A stretch of DNA of 32,000 nt from the NCBI RefSeq assembly GCF_008000775.2, contig NZ_CP042905.2, forward strand, positions 3,240,001-3,272,000, in the 5' to 3' direction. Position numbers and translations under genes: made by a program. Below, piece by piece: positions 27,501 to 32,000 of this stretch. Position 1 is the first letter of the stretch. Each line of letters begins with the position of its first letter. The notes beneath the pieces were generated by a model. The model was not told the origin of the DNA, did not search any database, and was given only the letters and a program-made list of their open reading frames with translations. Origin of the DNA: Promethearchaeum syntrophicum. GTDB lineage: Archaea > Asgardarchaeota > Lokiarchaeia > Sigyniarchaeales > Promethearchaeaceae.

Positions 27501-30065
27501 ATGAAAAATAATTTAAAAATTAAGTATCTTCTTTCTTTAATTGTAATTTCAGGACTAGGTTTATCAATATTTACTCTTGAAACTGCTTCTGCTTTTGTTG
27601 GTGAATCTGGCTCAGAAGCATGGGTATTTACAGCCGGAGGGGGATTTGAATCAAGTCCAGCAATTGGGGATGTTGATGGGGATGGACAATTAGAAATAAT
27701 AATTGGATCCTTTGATGGATATGTTTATTGTTTAAATGCAACTGATGGAGTAGAAAAATGGAATTTCAACACTGGTGCAGCAATAGCATGTAGTCCTACG
27801 ATAGTAGATGCAAATCAAGATGGAGAAATGGAAGTGATTATTGGCTCAACCAATGATCAATTATATTGTATAAATGGAACCGATGGATTACAACTATGGG
27901 ATTTTTCCGCTAGTAGTATGTTTTTAGCTGGAATCTCTGCAGGTGATGTAGATAATGATGGTGATATAGAAGTTCTTGCGGGTTCTTTTGATGGAAATCT
28001 CTATTGTATAAATGGTTCCAATGGTGTAGAAAAATGGAATTTTCCAACAGGAGGAGGATGTTGGATTAGTTCCGCACCCAGCATTGGGGATGTAAATAGA
28101 GATGATCAATTAGAAGTCATCATTGGAGCAAGTGATGGTAGTGAAAATAATAAACATTATTGTGTAAATGGAACTGATGGAGTTCAGATATGGAATTTCA
28201 CTGCTGAAGCAGCTATGAGCTCTTGTCCAGCTATTGTAGATATAGATGGAGATAAGAAAATGGAGATATATATTGGTTCAGATGATGATAATCTATATTG
28301 TTTAAATGGAGCAAATGGAGTTCAGAAATGGAATTTTACAACTGCTGCAAGTGTAAGAGCTAGCCCTTCTATCGCCGATGTAGATGGAGATGGTTGTTTA
28401 GAAATTGTCATAACTTCATACGATGATAATGTTTATTGTCTAAATGGTTTAACTGGAATCATGAAATGGGTATACACTACGGGAAGTTTTATTGCTTCAA
28501 GCCCTGCTATAGCTGATGTTGATGGAGATGGATCTTTAGAAATTGTTCTGGGATCTAATGATCATAAAGTGCATTGTGTAAATGGAAAGACAGGAGTTCA
28601 TGAATGGAATTACACGACAGGTGGTAACGTATATTCAAGTCCCGCTATAGCTGATGTTGATGGGGATGGGAAGCTGGAAATAGTTGTGGCTTCTCAAGAT
28701 AATAAGGTGTATTGTTTGTTAGCTGGAGGAAATCCTTGGGCAATACCAGGCCCATGGCCGTGTTTAGGAGGATCACCTTTACATCATTTTAATATATATG
28801 ATCAAGATGGAGATGATTTACCGGATCATTTGGAAAATACAATTGATTTAGATCCTCAAAATGTTGATAGTGATTTCGATGGAATGCCTGATGATTGGGA
28901 AGTTTCTTTTATCTTAGATCCCACAGACGGATTAAATAATTTAACAGATAATGATGGAGATGGACTGAAAAATGTATGGGAATATGGTAATAGAACAATA
29001 CCTAGTAATTCAGATAGTGATGATGATGGTTTAATGGACGGAGATGAAATTAATCTGTATTTAACCAACCCCACAATTACTGATTCTGATTTTGATGGTT
29101 TATCAGATGGAAATGAAATATTTACATATTTTACTAATCCCATTAGTTCAGATACGGATTCAGATGAATTATTTGATGGGGATGAATTGAATTTATTTTT
29201 CACAGATCCAAATGATTTTGATAGTGATGATGATGAAATGCCTGATGGTTGGGAAATTTCTTATAATTTTGATCCAAATAGTGCTTCAGATGCAGCATTA
29301 GATTATGAAGGGGATGAACTAACAAACCTTGAAGAATATTATCATGATACAGATCCAACTGATTCAGACACAGATAATGATTGGATGCCGGATAACTGGG
29401 AAATTTTATATAATTTTGATCCAATTAATGCTTCAGATGCTGCATTAGATTATGATAGTGATGGATTAACAAATCTTGAAGAATATCTTCTGGATACTGA
29501 TCCAACTAATTCGGATTTAGATGGTGATTCAATGCCAGATAACTGGGAGATTTTGTATAATTTTGACCCATCCCTTGCTTCAGATGCGGGTTTAGATTTT
29601 GATGAAGATGGGTTAACAAACCTCGAAGAATATAATTATAATACAGATCCAACTGATTCAGATACAGATAATGATTGGATGCCAGATAACTGGGAAATTT
29701 CCTATAATTTCAGCCCAAACAATGCTTCTGATGCAGCTTTAGATTATGATGAAGATTTATTAACAAACATTGAAGAATTTCTTCTGGATACAGATCCTAC
29801 TAATTCTGATAGTGATGATGATGGAATGCCTGATGGATGGGAAATTGTTTATAATTTTGACCCAAATAATTCTTCAGATGCAGTTTTAGATTATGATGAA
29901 GACGGAATAACAAATCTTGAAGAATATAATCAAAATTCAAATCCAAATTCTAAAGAGGAAGAAAATTTAAATCCAACCACGATTATTGGCGCAGGAGCAG
30001 GAGCTATTCTTCTATTCGTTACTGCAGGGATTATAGGAGCTGCTATCGGCAAAAATAGTAAATAA
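27501..30065 (+). CDS. Exported, membrane-anchored beta-propeller (FG-GAP/PQQ-like) protein with thrombospondin type-3-like Ca-binding repeats
   Basis: Signal peptide MKNNLKIKYLLSLIVISGLGLSIFTLETASA; eight W(N/D)F...SPAIxDVDGDGxLEIxxGSxDxxxYCLNGxxGVxK repeats; DxDxDGxxDxxE repeats; C-terminal TM TIIGAGAGAILLFVTAGIIGAAIG. Confidence 0.9.
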   Translation: MKNNLKIKYLLSLIVISGLGLSIFTLETASAFVGESGSEAWVFTAGGGFESSPAIGDVDGDGQLEIIIGSFDGYVYCLNATDGVEKWNFNTGAAIACSPTIVDANQDGEMEVIIGSTNDQLYCINGTDGLQLWDFSASSMFLAGISAGDVDNDGDIEVLAGSFDGNLYCINGSNGVEKWNFPTGGGCWISSAPSIGDVNRDDQLEVIIGASDGSENNKHYCVNGTDGVQIWNFTAEAAMSSCPAIVDIDGDKKMEIYIGSDDDNLYCLNGANGVQKWNFTTAASVRASPSIADVDGDGCLEIVITSYDDNVYCLNGLTGIMKWVYTTGSFIASSPAIADVDGDGSLEIVLGSNDHKVHCVNGKTGVHEWNYTTGGNVYSSPAIADVDGDGKLEIVVASQDNKVYCLLAGGNPWAIPGPWPCLGGSPLHHFNIYDQDGDDLPDHLENTIDLDPQNVDSDFDGMPDDWEVSFILDPTDGLNNLTDNDGDGLKNVWEYGNRTIPSNSDSDDDGLMDGDEINLYLTNPTITDSDFDGLSDGNEIFTYFTNPISSDTDSDELFDGDELNLFFTDPNDFDSDDDEMPDGWEISYNFDPNSASDAALDYEGDELTNLEEYYHDTDPTDSDTDNDWMPDNWEILYNFDPINASDAALDYDSDGLTNLEEYLLDTDPTNSDLDGDSMPDNWEILYNFDPSLASDAGLDFDEDGLTNLEEYNYNTDPTDSDTDNDWMPDNWEISYNFSPNNASDAALDYDEDLLTNIEEFLLDTDPTNSDSDDDGMPDGWEIVYNFDPNNSSDAVLDYDEDGITNLEEYNQNSNPNSKEEENLNPTTIIGAGAGAILLFVTAGIIGAAIGKNSK
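29238..29957 (+). repeat. Five in-frame tandem repeats with 147-nt (49-codon) period inside the surface protein gene
   Basis: MPD(G/N)WE units begin at 29238, 29385, 29532, 29679 and 29826, all exactly 147 nt apart. Confidence 0.9.
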
Positions 30066-30118
30066 GCAAATAATTCAATCGTTAGTTTTTTTTATTCTTT
30101 TTTTCTAATTTATTATGA

Positions 30119-30895
30119 TTAAAGTAATAAACAAGCTTCAACTGCAAGCCAAAAAATTCTTTCCCTTAACGTCATACCAGCATATTTTTTTTCTAATTGG
30201 AAGAAATTACTCCATTCATCCCCACTTACATCATCGCTTCCGTATAAAATTTGACCAATAATTACTCCCCGAAAATTTGCGACAGCAAAAAGAGCCGCCG
30301 CCTCCATTTCAACAGTTGAACAACCTTCTTCTTTTCGTAGTGCAATTTTAGCTGGAGTTTCACGATAGAAGGCATCTGTGGTCCATGTTTTTGAAAGTAT
30401 ATATTTTACGTTATGTTTCTTCAAAGTTTTTTCAATCGCTTCAATAGCTTTTGCGTTTGCTTCAACTTCCCTGGAAGGGGGGAGATAATGATATGACGTA
30501 CCCTCATCTCTTACTGCGGAAACGGGAATAAGCAAAAAATCCTTTAAGCTTTTATCGAGTAAACCGGAGCTTCCACACACAATAAAATTCTTACAACCCA
30601 AAGCAATTACATATTCGAAAAGAGCTGCAGATAATGGGGCACCCAGTCCACAATGAAACATTACAAACTTTCCTCCCTCGTTAATGACTTCATATATAGG
30701 GTGTTCACCAATTTCACTATGTTCAATATCAATTACTCTTGCTTTTCCATCTTTTACTAATTTATCAATGATTTCTTGAAAGAAAGTTATAATACACGCC
30801 TTGGGAATGTCAATCGGTTTAATTAATTCGCTAGGATTGAGTAAGGCTTTTTGGTTTGGATCGAATTCTAAAATAGGAAACTTTTTTTTTAACAT
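30119..30895 (-). CDS. Nucleoside phosphorylase, uridine phosphorylase-like
   Basis: HCGLGAPLSAALFEYVIALGCKNFIVCGSSG, TTDAFYRETPAKIALRKEEGCSTVEMEAAALFAVA. ATG at 30895 (MLKKKFPILEFDP) preferred over the track start at 30922. Confidence 0.88.
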   Translation of the reverse strand: MLKKKFPILEFDPNQKALLNPSELIKPIDIPKACIITFFQEIIDKLVKDGKARVIDIEHSEIGEHPIYEVINEGGKFVMFHCGLGAPLSAALFEYVIALGCKNFIVCGSSGLLDKSLKDFLLIPVSAVRDEGTSYHYLPPSREVEANAKAIEAIEKTLKKHNVKYILSKTWTTDAFYRETPAKIALRKEEGCSTVEMEAAALFAVANFRGVIIGQILYGSDDVSGDEWSNFFQLEKKYAGMTLRERIFWLAVEACLLL

Positions 30896-30958
30896 TATGA
30901 CCAATACATTAGAATTGAGCAAAAAAAATATAAATTTTACATTTTTCGATTTACAAAT

Positions 30959-31654
30959 TTAAGTTGTGGAATTAAGTGTCCAATTATATTGAAAGTATTT
31001 AATTTTTGCATGATCTAAGTTTTCAATTGGTCCTTTCCAATATTTTTTAATAAAAGGTACAATCCCGCCAGCCCATTTTTTAAAATCATTTTTATACCAT
31101 TTGAAAATCGGATTTAAACTAAGAATTTTTGAGGTCTCATCAAATTTAACTTGGGTGAGATTGTTCACAAAATTAAATGATACATTTTCTAATAATTCAT
31201 TTAAATTTTCTCCTTCAAATAAGCGTCCGTAAAGTACAGGACAACTTGAGGACCCACAATTAATTGCGAAATGAACACGGGGATCTTTAAACTTTCGTCT
31301 GATTATTTTCGTTTCTAGTGCTGATAAACTCATCGATTTTCCTGCAATTTTATATTTTCTTAGAACGAAAAATTTCATCCTACTAAATGTTGTTAAATTA
31401 CCTTTCCATTGTTTATTTTTCTTTAATACATCCATAACTGCTTTAATAGTGAAGAGATTATATGCATTTAACCAGAAAGCAAATTCATCATCATGAGAAA
31501 GCGCGCTCACATCCTTTGATTCAAACTCTTTGATTTTATCTAGAAACCAAGTATCATTTTTAATTCGATCATAGTCAACATTATGGTTTTCATCAAGATA
31601 ACGTCCCAATTGAGATAAATTAGAAACATCGTTCGTCGTTTTAGTTTTATTCAT
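30959..31654 (-). CDS. DUF547 family protein
   Basis: DEFAFWLNAYNLFTIKAVMD...DPRVHFAINCGSSSCPVL...LNPIFKWYKNDF. Confidence 0.85.
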   Translation of the reverse strand: MNKTKTTNDVSNLSQLGRYLDENHNVDYDRIKNDTWFLDKIKEFESKDVSALSHDDEFAFWLNAYNLFTIKAVMDVLKKNKQWKGNLTTFSRMKFFVLRKYKIAGKSMSLSALETKIIRRKFKDPRVHFAINCGSSSCPVLYGRLFEGENLNELLENVSFNFVNNLTQVKFDETSKILSLNPIFKWYKNDFKKWAGGIVPFIKKYWKGPIENLDHAKIKYFQYNWTLNSTT

Positions 31655-31712
31655 ACTAATAAAGTAAAGTGAGATTTCAAAAATCCTTTGGCTAAATCAT
31701 ATAGGAGAATTA

Positions 31713-32000
31713 TCAAAAAAGAAGAATTTTAATAATTTTTGGCAAAATATACCAATTTCTAATAGTAAGACCCAAAGCAAATCGTATAAATTCACGATTA
31801 AAAAGTAATTTTCGAACTAATTTCAAGGGAAAATCCATATCGGCGTAATTTTCAACAATTTCCTGCAAATCTCTTGAATTCAAATACATACAAAAAATTT
31901 GATTAAAATCTTCGGATTTGAGTTCCATTAAAATTATCCTTATAAGAAAATGTAATCGCAACTCAGCCCCAATGCTACGTTTAACCAGTTTTTCATAGTT
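31713..32000 (-). CDS. C-terminal fragment of probable geranylgeranyl-reductase-family FAD-dependent oxidoreductase (runs off the right edge)
   Basis: The frame of the 82-aa track ORF stays open to 32000: NYEKLVKRSIGAELRLHFLIRIILMELKSEDFNQIFCMYLNSRDLQEIVENYADMDFPLKLVRKLL..., resembling the C-terminal helical region of archaeal GGR-family proteins. Confidence 0.5.
   Translation of the reverse strand, partial: NYEKLVKRSIGAELRLHFLIRIILMELKSEDFNQIFCMYLNSRDLQEIVENYADMDFPLKLVRKLLFNREFIRFALGLTIRNWYILPKIIKILLF

Noticed and set aside
28856-29424. Minus-strand ORFs 28856..29203 and 29200..29424 in the Ca-binding repeat region
   Set aside because: Compositional artefacts: Ser- and His-rich antisense of the Asp-rich repeats.
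1-32000. CRISPR arrays, tRNA/rRNA genes, transposases or phage genes
   Set aside because: Scanned by eye; no regularly spaced short direct repeats outside the protein-coding repeats, no T-loop/acceptor patterns and no integrase/transposase motifs recognised. A tRNAscan-SE/Infernal run would be needed to exclude small RNAs fully.

Overview
AT-rich archaeal chromosomal window. An Asgard/Lokiarchaeia-like origin is inferred from gene content only, not proven. Left part: a partial class I/II aminotransferase, an etfB-etfA operon in which EtfA carries an N-terminal 2x[4Fe-4S] domain, a TPR protein with a longin/roadblock-like C-terminus, an acyl-CoA dehydrogenase, a MIP18/DUF59 protein, a CoA-type NUDIX hydrolase, a HEPN-MNT toxin-antitoxin pair, iorAB with a convergent Lrp/AsnC regulator, and a second MNT-HEPN pair whose HEPN frame lacks a canonical start codon. 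Middle part: a radical SAM protein, a HEAT-like protein, a secreted caspase-like protein, a flavodiiron protein, a HAD hydrolase, and tandem HdrD/GlpC-like CCG-domain Fe-S proteins plus a small membrane protein. Right part: a second HAD hydrolase, a SAM methyltransferase, a translationally coupled pair of large N6-DNA methyltransferases, an exported eight-repeat beta-propeller protein with thrombospondin-3-like repeats of exact 147-nt period, a nucleoside phosphorylase, a DUF547 protein, and the end of a probable geranylgeranyl-reductase-family gene. The best leads are: (1) a ~120-nt, ~86% identical non-coding element upstream of both etfB and the acyl-CoA dehydrogenase; (2) the two HEPN-MNT modules in opposite gene order around iorAB-lrp; (3) the dual DNA-methyltransferase operon without a recognisable nuclease; (4) the secreted caspase-like protein; (5) the CCG paralog whose first cluster-binding domain has degenerated. 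No tRNA, rRNA, CRISPR array or transposase was recognised.
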